From an uncultured virus (IMG/VR IMGVR_UViG_3300042508_000149) (lineage: Duplodnaviria; Heunggongvirae; Uroviricota; Caudoviricetes): a DNA stretch of 64,000 nucleotides. Positions 18,383-26,576 of the stretch are shown here, one piece after another; position 1 is the first letter of the stretch; every line of letters starts with the position of its first letter. The stretch lies in IMG/VR virus record IMGVR_UViG_3300042508_000149. One strand, 5' to 3'. The notes under the pieces are model-generated. The model saw only the letters and a program-made list of their open reading frames with translations. It did no database searches and had not been told where the DNA came from. Position numbers and translations under genes: made by a program.

Positions 18383-20702
18383 TTATCAAATCAAGGCGCT
18401 TGATGAGCTGAGGGACGGTGTCCGTAAGGGGCATCGATCCCAGATCCTGGTTGCGCCAACTGGCGCGGGCAAGACTGTAAGTGCCAGCTACTTACTGAAC
18501 GAAGCAAGGGCCAAGCAGAACGTGGCATGGTTCATATGCGATCGCGTGTCACTGGTAGACCAGACCAGCGCAACACTGGATAGGTATGGCGTATCGCATG
18601 GCGTCATACAGGCGGATCACTGGCGGTGGCGTCCATATGAATATGTGCAGGTTATATCCGCACAGACATTAGCAAGACGCAAAATAGATAATGAGCCAAA
18701 GTTAATTGTTATAGATGAATGTTTTGTAGCTGGGTCCATGGTCTCGACGCCGAACGGAATGGTGCCGATAGAACTTGTGCGTCACGGCGATTTAGTGTTA
18801 AATGCAACTGGGGTTGGTAAGGTGCTTGGAACAAGCGCCAGGCCAGTTGGGAAACGCGAAATCGTGAAAGTGAGTTTTGATGATGGAACAGAAATCTATT
18901 GCACCAAAGAGCATCGATTCTTTACCACCGAGCTTTGGGTTCAAGCCGGGCAGCTGGCCGGAAAAAGTGTATTTGATGAGAAAGCCATGCTTGGTTTGTG
19001 GCGCCGAGATCAAGCCTGCTATGTACAAAACGAAGGCGGGGAGTATCCAGTTCCCATCAAGAAAGGCGTGGGAGGAAAAGCAGACCTGCTCAAGGTCCTG
19101 TGCGAAGAAATTGAAAAACCCCATGCACGATTTGGCAACGAGAACGAGGGTAAGCCAGTCGTTGAAACTGATGGGGCACAAACCGAAGATACGCGGCGGG
19201 AATGGGATGGGTTTGTCGAAGCCTCAAGAAATGATGCTGAAAGTGCTTGGAGAAGGCTGGATAGCAGAACACGTAATCACAACAAAGCTGAGGAATTTGG
19301 GGTACCCGCATCACTACAAGATAGATCTAGCGAATCCCGATCTGATGATTGCGATCGAGGTGGATGGCACAAGTCATTGCGCCCTGGAGAGGAAAGCCCA
19401 GGACAAGAGGAAGGACGAGTTTCTTGCCTCCCAAGGGTGGTCAGTGTTCAGACTATCAAATCAGAAAGCAATCAAGTTGTGTACAACTTGCACATCGAAG
19501 GACACCCTTCTTATTTCATTAATGGGAAATTAGTTCATAACTGCCATGTATTACACCGTTCGGTAATTAATGCGATTGAAAAATATCCTGATGCAATTGT
19601 TGTTGGATTAACTGCAACGCCATTTACAAAAGGATTATCAAAGATATTTACTAACGTAGTAAATAGCACCACGACAGATAATCTAATTAATGACGGTTGG
19701 TTAGTGCCCGTTAAAATGTTTGTAGCGAAATCCGAAATGGATATGCGTGGCGCCGCGGTTAAGTTCGATGGCGAGTGGGCAGAAAAAGATATGGAAAAAC
19801 AAGGGGTTGAGATCGTCGGAGACATTGTGTCCGAGTGGATCGAGGCTACCAATAAACATTTTAATGGCCCAGTTAAAACAATTGTATTTAGTGCAACCGT
19901 TGCACACGGTGAGGAATTGTGCAGAGAATTTGCACAACGTGGTTATAACTTTCAGCAGATCAGTTATAAAGATGGTAATAATGAACGACGCAGAGAGTTA
20001 ATCGAAGAGTTTAGAAAACCAGACAGCGAGATAATCGGATTAATATCTTGTGAAGCATTAGCAAAAGGATTTGATGTTACAGATATTAAAATCGGTGTGT
20101 GTGCCAGGCCATATAGAAAATCATTATCAGGCCATATTCAGCAGATGGGCAGGGTCATGCGCCCACATCCCGGTAAGGAGTTTGCGGTCTGGTTAGATCA
20201 TGCAGGCAATCTGACCCGGTTCTGGGAGGATCAGGTTGATGTGTTTGCTCATGGCGTACAGGAGCTGGAAGACGGAAAGCTGGATGCCAAGGTACGCAAG
20301 GAGCCGACTGAGAAGGAGAAGGCGGAGATCAAATGCACGGCTTGTGGGTATATGTTCCGCGGCCGGGTGTGTCCTGCGTGTGGATCAGAGCGCAGGGCCA
20401 TGAGCAATGTGCTTGCGGTGCAGGGCCAGATGGTGGAGTTTGGCGGCACGAAGTCATCTGATTGGATGGCGGACAGGCGGCTGGTCTGGTGGGAGATTGT
20501 GCAGATCAGCAAGGACAGGAAGCGTGGGGATCTTGCGGCGGCTGAGCGATTTGCCAAGGCTCAGTACAAGAACCTGACGGGGGATTGGCCTAAGTGGAAG
20601 TTTCACGAGGCGATCTTTGTTGAGCCAAGGATGGTTACGCAGAACAAGGTCAAGCAGCAGGTTATCAAGTATGCAAAGAGCAAGTTTGGTAGGAGGTTGT
20701 GA
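18360..20702 (+). CDS. SF2 DExH helicase with intein
   Basis: APTGAGKT, DE|CH split by the intein, GLTATP, KGFD, QQMGRVMR, C-terminal Zn finger. Confidence 0.9.
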   Translation: MLIESLRDYQIKALDELRDGVRKGHRSQILVAPTGAGKTVSASYLLNEARAKQNVAWFICDRVSLVDQTSATLDRYGVSHGVIQADHWRWRPYEYVQVISAQTLARRKIDNEPKLIVIDECFVAGSMVSTPNGMVPIELVRHGDLVLNATGVGKVLGTSARPVGKREIVKVSFDDGTEIYCTKEHRFFTTELWVQAGQLAGKSVFDEKAMLGLWRRDQACYVQNEGGEYPVPIKKGVGGKADLLKVLCEEIEKPHARFGNENEGKPVVETDGAQTEDTRREWDGFVEASRNDAESAWRRLDSRTRNHNKAEEFGVPASLQDRSSESRSDDCDRGGWHKSLRPGEESPGQEEGRVSCLPRVVSVQTIKSESNQVVYNLHIEGHPSYFINGKLVHNCHVLHRSVINAIEKYPDAIVVGLTATPFTKGLSKIFTNVVNSTTTDNLINDGWLVPVKMFVAKSEMDMRGAAVKFDGEWAEKDMEKQGVEIVGDIVSEWIEATNKHFNGPVKTIVFSATVAHGEELCREFAQRGYNFQQISYKDGNNERRRELIEEFRKPDSEIIGLISCEALAKGFDVTDIKIGVCARPYRKSLSGHIQQMGRVMRPHPGKEFAVWLDHAGNLTRFWEDQVDVFAHGVQELEDGKLDAKVRKEPTEKEKAEIKCTACGYMFRGRVCPACGSERRAMSNVLAVQGQMVEFGGTKSSDWMADRRLVWWEIVQISKDRKRGDLAAAERFAKAQYKNLTGDWPKWKFHEAIFVEPRMVTQNKVKQQVIKYAKSKFGRRL
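18720..19541 (+). mobile_element. Intein (274 aa) in helicase Walker B motif
   Basis: Begins CFVAGS, has CTKEHRF, ends VYNLHIEGHPSYFINGKLVHN followed by Cys; removal restores VIDECH. Confidence 0.9.
18976..19533 (+). CDS. DUF559/Vsr-like endonuclease nested in an alternate frame inside the intein
   Basis: CLVC...CSRSC Zn motif; YKIDLAN...IAIEVDGTSH...QDKRKDEFLASQGWSVFRL. Confidence 0.8.
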   Translation: MRKPCLVCGAEIKPAMYKTKAGSIQFPSRKAWEEKQTCSRSCAKKLKNPMHDLATRTRVSQSLKLMGHKPKIRGGNGMGLSKPQEMMLKVLGEGWIAEHVITTKLRNLGYPHHYKIDLANPDLMIAIEVDGTSHCALERKAQDKRKDEFLASQGWSVFRLSNQKAIKLCTTCTSKDTLLISLMGN

Positions 20703-20878
20703 TGACGCCACAGGAAATTGTGAGGGCGCTGGAAGCCAGGGGCATGACACATCACCAGATTGCTAAGTCGATTGGTGTAACGCAGTCATCGATATGGCGT
20801 ATCGCCGCGGGGATAACGACAGGCCCGAAGTACTGGGTCATGGATTCATTGAGGCTATTACTTGGAGGGAAGGTATGA
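20702..20878 (+). CDS. Cro/XRE-like HTH protein (58 aa, below the ORF-track cutoff)
   Basis: AGGAGG RBS; RGMTHHQIAKSIGVTQSSIWRIAAG. Confidence 0.75.
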   Translation: MTPQEIVRALEARGMTHHQIAKSIGVTQSSIWRIAAGITTGPKYWVMDSLRLLLGGKV

Positions 20879-21168
20879 GCGGCGACCAAGAACATGATCT
20901 AGCGAAGGCCGGCGAAGTTGGCGTATGGGGTGACGATGAGCCAGTGGCGTGGCGTTCTACATCACCTGACGGAAACTTATTTGTTGGTACTTCAAAGGAA
21001 GTTAATTGGACACCCGTCTACACCGAACCACCAAAGCAATGGGTTGGGCTGACGGATGAGGAGGTGTCAGAAATTATTGATCGTGAGATTGGCTTTAACA
21101 GTTGTTGGGGGCCGGAAGAAAAGTTTGCCCGAGCTGTAGAACAAGCCTTAAAGGAGAAGAACACATGA
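20875..21168 (+). CDS. Cassette-family hypothetical protein (WVGLT)
   Basis: EPVAW...PPKQWVGLTDEE...LKEKNT; same family as the 10.5-12 kb genes. Confidence 0.7.
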   Translation: MSGDQEHDLAKAGEVGVWGDDEPVAWRSTSPDGNLFVGTSKEVNWTPVYTEPPKQWVGLTDEEVSEIIDREIGFNSCWGPEEKFARAVEQALKEKNT

Positions 21169-21518
21169 CGGACGAAGAACTGTTGAGGTATGCCGCAAAA
21201 GCGATGGGATATGTTGAACCAACTATGTATAGGCCAAAAACGAACTGTCTTTTGTGGGTTGGGAAGGAGTCTGGCGCGTCCATATGGAGTCCATTTCGTG
21301 ACGACAAAGATGCTTTTCGCTTGATGATTGATTTAGACATTGGCGTACACCACGGCTGGACTGACGAGGAGGTGCCGCTTGCGAATGTGTGCGCTCAACA
21401 CATCCCGTCAATGATTGAGGTTGGGGAGATAAAGGGTGATGACCCAAAAGCCGCAACTCGCCGTGCCATCGTCAGAGCCGCCGCTGAGATTGGCAAAAAC
21501 ATGGAGAAGAACACATGA
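21165..21518 (+). CDS. Phage hypothetical protein
   Basis: MTDEELLRYAAKA...AATRRAIVRAAAEIG. Confidence 0.7.
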   Translation: MTDEELLRYAAKAMGYVEPTMYRPKTNCLLWVGKESGASIWSPFRDDKDAFRLMIDLDIGVHHGWTDEEVPLANVCAQHIPSMIEVGEIKGDDPKAATRRAIVRAAAEIGKNMEKNT

Positions 21519-22321
21519 GCTTTGTCGCACACGCACAGGCCCATGGTCTGATCATCAACCATGCCATACCTGATGGCCGGTGGCATCGCGTACCCACGGT
21601 AGATAAGCCACGTAAGCGGAATGGTGCTTATATCTTTGATGGCAACTCAGGCGTGGTGAAGAACTGGGCAACCATGGAATCGTTTGCCCGGTATGGTGAG
21701 AAGGTCAATCAGTTTATTAAGTACTTTGACGATACTGAAGAGCGTATCAAGCACGCACGGGCGGCAAGGCAGGCACAGGAGATCATTACGCGAGCCATGT
21801 TCAGTGAGCACGACTACCTCAAGCGCAAGGGCTTCGCGTCGATGAAGGGTCTTGTCGCCGATGAAGAGCTGATCGTACCCATGAGGGACTACAGAACCTA
21901 CCAGCCAACGAGTGTGCAACGCATCAAGGCGGACGGGAGCAAGAAGTTTCTGCCCGGCGGACGCACGAAGAATGCTGTGTTTGTACTGGGTAACCGCCAC
22001 GCGGCGGTGTCATGGTTGTGTGAGGGGTATGCAACCGGGCTATCGATACAGGAGGCTTTGCGCTCGATGTATTCGGAGGCGGCTGTGATTGTGTGCTTCA
22101 GCGCTTACAACCTGGTGCATGTGGGCAAGCAGGTGAAAAAGGGTTTTGTGTTTGCGGATCACGACGAGGCCGGCATTCGCGCTGCTGAAGAGTTGCCTTG
22201 GCCATGGGTAAAAAGTGATGCGCCGGGTGAGGACGCGAATGATTTGCATCGCAGGGCTGGCCTGCGGGCGGTTCGATCAGTGCTTCAGGGTGCGATACTC
22301 GGCAAGGGCGGCGGCAAGTAA
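21515..22321 (+). CDS. Toprim-domain primase
   Basis: DGRWHRV...NGAY; CEGYATGLS; FADHDEAG; GEDAND. Confidence 0.85.
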   Translation: MSFVAHAQAHGLIINHAIPDGRWHRVPTVDKPRKRNGAYIFDGNSGVVKNWATMESFARYGEKVNQFIKYFDDTEERIKHARAARQAQEIITRAMFSEHDYLKRKGFASMKGLVADEELIVPMRDYRTYQPTSVQRIKADGSKKFLPGGRTKNAVFVLGNRHAAVSWLCEGYATGLSIQEALRSMYSEAAVIVCFSAYNLVHVGKQVKKGFVFADHDEAGIRAAEELPWPWVKSDAPGEDANDLHRRAGLRAVRSVLQGAILGKGGGK

Positions 22322-22483
22322 GGCGTGCGCCTGGTCGTCGGATATACCCCATAGGCGGCAATGCATCGCAAAAGCGCAGGCGATACCATGGGCGGCGTGG
22401 GCTGGATGGTCGAATAGTTCGGGCAAGGCCGACACTAGGTCGGCGATGCCTTCTTGAATTTCGATATATTCGGCGGGTTTCAT
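22277..22483 (-). CDS. Hypothetical protein
   Basis: Last gene of the leftward early block. Confidence 0.45.
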   Translation of the reverse strand: MKPAEYIEIQEGIADLVSALPELFDHPAHAAHGIACAFAMHCRLWGISDDQAHALLAAALAEYRTLKH

Positions 22484-22490
22484 TCGCGCA

Positions 22491-22781
22491 TCATACGGCA
22501 GAAAAACCAAAGGCCCACCATGCGCCCGGGCCCTGAAGGATTAGCCCGGCTGGGCTCCACATTTCAGCGATCCGTTGGTCTTTGGATTCGATCAAGCTTT
22601 CGGCATAGGCGCGGGGCTCGTAGTGCTTCGGGCATCTGATGAGCACAAAATCGCCTTTGTCCGCCAAGCTACCGGTGAATCCGCCATTGCCAAAGGCTAA
22701 GCGTGCGGCGTGCGTGCCAGTATCAAAAGCCCGTTCCGGGCTCTGACCTGTTATCAGTACGATAAAGGGTTTTAGCGTCAT
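22491..22781 (-). CDS. Hypothetical protein
   Basis: GFTGSLADK...SPAG motif; coupled to neighbours. Confidence 0.6.
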   Translation of the reverse strand: MTLKPFIVLITGQSPERAFDTGTHAARLAFGNGGFTGSLADKGDFVLIRCPKHYEPRAYAESLIESKDQRIAEMWSPAGLILQGPGAWWAFGFSAV

Positions 22782-23482
22782 GCGTGCGCCCTTTCAAATT
22801 GCTTTGCCTTCGGGCCATGGACGACTATCACAATGCTAGCGGCGGAGGGTTTAAGGGCTCCATCACATGCGCCACAATCAATGCACTGGCGGCCCTTGTC
22901 TGACGGGCATTCGATCTCATGCTTGGCGATCGGCTGAGCCCGGGTCTTAACCCTGAAGTATCGCCAGCCCATTGCGCGTGCCAGGTCGGCATCGGCGGCC
23001 GTTTCCACTGATGACATGCAAAGTTCGCGCATCGGCTGGGCCCATGGTTCGCGCCATTGGTGGGTGTAACCCGTCCAACCCTTAGCCGTTTCGAGTAAGC
23101 GGAGCCAGTACTGAAGCGGAATCATGGCGGGGTCGCCGGCTGCGCCTAGTCTTACCATGCGCCCCATGACAATTCGGCGCATAAGCGCGGGCTTGCGGCG
23201 CAAGTCCATGTAACCGCCTCGGGCGAAGGTTTTCCATACATTCGAGGGGGCTTTCCCCCACTCGATATAGCATTCGGCGTGCATTGGACAGTCGCCACAA
23301 TAGGCGCGATCTGCACCGCTGGCGCGTGCCGCGAGCGGGTGCATGTCTTCGCGCAAAATCCATGTCTGTATCATGTTTCCCGTTTTGCCGTTTTTGCTTT
23401 CGAGCGTGGCAATCCCCACGATAGGGGCCCCGTCGATCGGGCTGCGCCCTTTGTAAAAAATAAAACCTCGCATGTTTTTCAT
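22778..23482 (-). CDS. Conserved Cys-rich phage protein
   Basis: NGKTGNMIQTWIL, CGDCP, VRLGAAGD, TGYTHQW, CIDCGAC. Confidence 0.7.
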   Translation of the reverse strand: MKNMRGFIFYKGRSPIDGAPIVGIATLESKNGKTGNMIQTWILREDMHPLAARASGADRAYCGDCPMHAECYIEWGKAPSNVWKTFARGGYMDLRRKPALMRRIVMGRMVRLGAAGDPAMIPLQYWLRLLETAKGWTGYTHQWREPWAQPMRELCMSSVETAADADLARAMGWRYFRVKTRAQPIAKHEIECPSDKGRQCIDCGACDGALKPSAASIVIVVHGPKAKQFERAHA

Positions 23483-23484
23483 CC

Positions 23485-23760
23485 TTAAAAATTGCAGCAG
23501 CCACAGCAGGGCGCGTCTTCACACGTCCCTGCTTTGTTGCGGTAGTAGTCGCGGCTGCCAATGCGGTAGTGGTCTGATACGGTTCGGCGGCTGGCCATGT
23601 ATCGGCCTACGGCCTCGGCGGTTTCCTCGTCTAAGTCGGGCTCGATTTCATGCGCGAGCCAGGCGTGCTTGTTGCGTGGGTCGTAAGCGATCTGGTCGCC
23701 GGGTTTAATGGGTGCTCCGGATTGAGAGCGGCCAGGGTAACGTGCGGTTATAAGTTTCAT
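23485..23760 (-). CDS. Hypothetical protein with C-terminal CEDAPCCGCC
   Basis: AAGG RBS; Cys cluster. Confidence 0.7.
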   Translation of the reverse strand: MKLITARYPGRSQSGAPIKPGDQIAYDPRNKHAWLAHEIEPDLDEETAEAVGRYMASRRTVSDHYRIGSRDYYRNKAGTCEDAPCCGCCNF

Positions 23761-23763
23761 GGT

Positions 23764-23997
23764 TTACCTTATGTCGTTGTATTCGAGAATCTGAACATCG
23801 CCGGCCATCACAAAGCGCACCTCAAGCGAGCTAGTCGCGGCCATGTGCCAGTCGTCTGCGCAGGTGCGGCGGGCTATCTCGATGGCATCGGCTACGTTGC
23901 AGGCCCAAACTGTATCCACCCAGTCTGTAAACTCGCCCACGATGCACACCGTGAACTGGTGGCGGGGAGCGTCCGGGTCGTCGGTTAGTTTGCGCAT
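23764..23997 (-). CDS. Hypothetical protein
   Basis: Tight operon spacing, RBS. Confidence 0.6.
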   Translation of the reverse strand: MRKLTDDPDAPRHQFTVCIVGEFTDWVDTVWACNVADAIEIARRTCADDWHMAATSSLEVRFVMAGDVQILEYNDIR

Positions 23998-23999
23998 GG

Positions 24000-24242
24000 T
24001 TAAATCCCTTCAAGGGCCATCTGGCCCCGGTTGATTGGGTCGGGCCTGATTTGGTAAACGTATGAGCCGCAACTTGTGACGCGCTCGCCGTGCTCTAACA
24101 TCCAAGCAAATTGGCGGCGGTCATGCTCTGGTATCGTTTCCAGGGTGGCGTATTCCCGGACAAACGCCCCCGATCGCGTGCTGCGGGTGTTTAGTTCGTC
24201 GCGGTCAATATCGCCCAGGAAGTGCAAAACGAAGCGGCTCAT
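24000..24242 (-). CDS. Hypothetical protein
   Basis: Tight operon spacing. Confidence 0.6.
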   Translation of the reverse strand: MSRFVLHFLGDIDRDELNTRSTRSGAFVREYATLETIPEHDRRQFAWMLEHGERVTSCGSYVYQIRPDPINRGQMALEGI

Positions 24243-24244
24243 GG

Positions 24245-24565
24245 TTAAACCCTTTCCCGGCGTTCGGCCGGCTTGGCGGAAAGCTTCACGACAAAATAAG
24301 GCTCGCCGGTGTGTGTGTGCGCGGTCATAAGCTGGCGCGATGGCTTGAAATGCAAAGCGATAGACTGCCAGTCAATCGAAGTGCGGCCGGCGCAATGGCT
24401 CACGGAGGCGCGGTGTAGGGTTCCGTCGATAGTGCTCAGGCCTGAGTCTATGAGCGTGTCTCTGAGATTGTTTTGCTCGTCGTTCAGGGCGGCGATCTGC
24501 GCCTTGATTTCAGCCATACGGTCAACGATTACGTCCAGAATGGCGGCGTTGTATGGTGCGTTCAT
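24245..24565 (-). CDS. Hypothetical protein
   Basis: Start MNAPY overlaps the upstream stop. Confidence 0.6.
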   Translation of the reverse strand: MNAPYNAAILDVIVDRMAEIKAQIAALNDEQNNLRDTLIDSGLSTIDGTLHRASVSHCAGRTSIDWQSIALHFKPSRQLMTAHTHTGEPYFVVKLSAKPAERRERV

Positions 24566-24762
24566 GCTTGGCCCCTTTCTGCCATGGTGCGGCCGAAACG
24601 GCCGGTGATAATGACGCGCCCCCAGTCGGCCGGATATTGCTGAGCCCATGAGAGCGCATCGGCGAAAGTGTGGGCGCGGTGGGTATAAGTGCGGTCTGAG
24701 CTAAGCACGCGCACTGTAAAGGGTGCAAAGCGCAGGGCTAAGCGGTGTATCAATCGTTTCAT
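24562..24762 (-). CDS. Hypothetical protein
   Basis: Member of the operon. Confidence 0.55.
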   Translation of the reverse strand: MKRLIHRLALRFAPFTVRVLSSDRTYTHRAHTFADALSWAQQYPADWGRVIITGRFGRTMAERGQA

Positions 24763-24824
24763 ATTGGTTCTCTCTGGTTATGGTGCAAAAGCACACCCCA
24801 AAACCCGGCACGCCGGGCAGAGGG

Positions 24825-25091
24825 CTAGGCTCTCGAGGGGTCGAAACGTGGTAGCGATCGAATCCAAGCATCGCCTCGAGTGTGGGTCTCGATGATCTGG
24901 TATTGAATGCCGGCGCGGCTAAGTGCTGCCACAAAGCGCGGGCCATCGCAGTCCTCTTCGAGCCAGACTAGATCATTGTCTTGGTATGAGTAAGGCGAGA
25001 CATGCTCGAGCAGGTCTAGGCTGGCAAGCATGGCGCGATCGGCACTAATCCAGCCATGGCCGGGGTCTTGGATGTAGTCAAGGGTAAGCAT
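24825..25091 (-). CDS. Conserved phage protein (DPGHGW...LEEDCD)
   Basis: GGAG RBS and motif. Confidence 0.7.
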   Translation of the reverse strand: MLTLDYIQDPGHGWISADRAMLASLDLLEHVSPYSYQDNDLVWLEEDCDGPRFVAALSRAGIQYQIIETHTRGDAWIRSLPRFDPSRA

Positions 25092-25314
25092 AGGAAAGTC
25101 TCCAAGGGATAGCCCCGAAGGGCGGGATTGATTAGCGAAGGGATAAGCCAAGAATGATTGAGACAATTAAAGCAATGGCATGCAAGGCAAAGAAACCGCA
25201 CGCGAACAAAGCAAAGGCAAAAGCAAAGCGGTCGAAGTACTTATCAAGTAGGGTGTAAAGGGTTGTTCTCATGTCGTGCTCCAGGTTATGTAAGGGGTTC
25301 GGTACTGCTTCGCT

Positions 25315-25343
25315 AGTATCGGTGACAACACGTCAGCTGTCAA
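25315..25343 (-). promoter_or_regulatory. sigma70 promoter for the leftward early genes
   Basis: TTGACA-17-GATACT on the minus strand. Confidence 0.65.
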
Positions 25344-25404
25344 TAGCCAATTGTCAGCTAGAACCTACCATTGGTCGGCGATAAGCGGCCTTTCGGACGA
25401 GCGG

Positions 25405-25432
25405 TTGACTGCGCCAGATAAACGGTCATAAT
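25405..25432 (+). promoter_or_regulatory. sigma70-like promoter upstream of the small terminase
   Basis: TTGACT-16-CATAAT. Confidence 0.55.
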
Positions 25433-25462
25433 GCGTTCTTATTTCGTTCTCACGGGGAAGGC

Positions 25463-26377
25463 ATGGCAAGCGAAGGGGTGGAGCTACCAGCGGCAGCATT
25501 GAAGGCAATACAGCGGGGAGTGCCAGCGGATAAGGTATTGATGCCAGCAATTGACCTAACACCCAAGCAACGCAAGTTCGTGCAGGCTATAGCGGAGGGT
25601 TCAACAAAGCGCGATGCATACCTTCAGGCCTACGATACAAACGGCAATCCAAAGCAGGTAGGCGTGGAAGCTTGGGCGGTGGCCAATCACCCGAAAGTGA
25701 CCAAGGCGATCGAGCAGCAACAAGCGGTCGAAAGGCTGAGGTATTCACAGAATCCCCTTCAGATACGCTCTTTCCTAGTCGATTCCCTGCAGCACATCGC
25801 ACGCACAGCCAAAAAAGACTCTGACCGGCTCGGTGCGCTGCGTATGCTCGGCCAGTTGGCAGACGTCGCGGCCTTCGAGACTCGGTCAACCGTCACGCAC
25901 CAAAGCGGCAGCGATACCACGGCACGACTGCGCGAGAAGCTTGCCAGGCTGGGCGCGATCGAGGTGGAGGCCCGCCAAGTGGCGGAGGGGGGAGAGAGCC
26001 CCACCCCACCCCCACCCCCACAAACAGGCCGGGTGTCTGGTGGGCCGACTAGGTCCACTAATCCACACATACAACCCAGTAACTTTGCCGATCCACACGT
26101 ACCCTCCAGCAACTCTGCCGATCCGCAAGAGGGGTACCCCCCTGAAGACGGAGAAACACCGCCACGTGGCGGAGTTTTTGAGGAAGAGGCCCCCTTGGAA
26201 GAAAATTTGGGTTCCCATAGTGGGGGGAGGAAAAAAAAGGAGAAGCCGATATGGGAGGATCCGAAGCGGTGGTATGCGGAGACGATGGGGGAGGTGCCGA
26301 AGATAGAGTGGCAGCCGAGGGAGGAGGCTAGGGATGAGGTGCAGAAGAGGTTGAGGGATGACGAAGGCGGAGGCTAA
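25463..26377 (+). CDS. terS: Terminase small subunit-like protein with disordered C-terminus
   Basis: LTPKQRKFVQAIAEG...AYLQAY; upstream of terL. Confidence 0.65.
   Translation: MASEGVELPAAALKAIQRGVPADKVLMPAIDLTPKQRKFVQAIAEGSTKRDAYLQAYDTNGNPKQVGVEAWAVANHPKVTKAIEQQQAVERLRYSQNPLQIRSFLVDSLQHIARTAKKDSDRLGALRMLGQLADVAAFETRSTVTHQSGSDTTARLREKLARLGAIEVEARQVAEGGESPTPPPPPQTGRVSGGPTRSTNPHIQPSNFADPHVPSSNSADPQEGYPPEDGETPPRGGVFEEEAPLEENLGSHSGGRKKKEKPIWEDPKRWYAETMGEVPKIEWQPREEARDEVQKRLRDDEGGG
26155..26176. repeat. 22-bp palindrome, copy 4 (one mismatch)
   Basis: AACACCGCCACGTGGCGGAGTT, read as ETPPRGGV. Confidence 0.9.
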
Positions 26378-26576
26378 GGTATTGTTGGCGGTGAAGACTT
26401 GGTGGGAGTTGTATCACTTTGGTCCGTCGTATGACGATATACGGTTTGTGTTACTTCAGGATAGTAAGAGTAATGTGCATAGGCTTGTGAAGAGTTTGTG
26501 TAAGCAGGGGTATTTGAAGAGGACGCCGGGTAAGAGTAGGAGTGTTAGGGTTGTGAGGAAGAAGGATGGATCTTAG
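26358..26576 (+). CDS. LexA N-terminal-like DNA-binding protein
   Basis: GPSYDDI...SKSNVHRLVKSLCKQGYLKRTPGKSRSV. Confidence 0.75.
   Translation: MTKAEAKVLLAVKTWWELYHFGPSYDDIRFVLLQDSKSNVHRLVKSLCKQGYLKRTPGKSRSVRVVRKKDGS

Noticed and set aside
24765..24774. Isolated GAGAGAACCA on the minus strand matching the array loop repeat
   Set aside because: Single 10-mer at an RBS with no partner repeat 8 nt away; plausible by chance.
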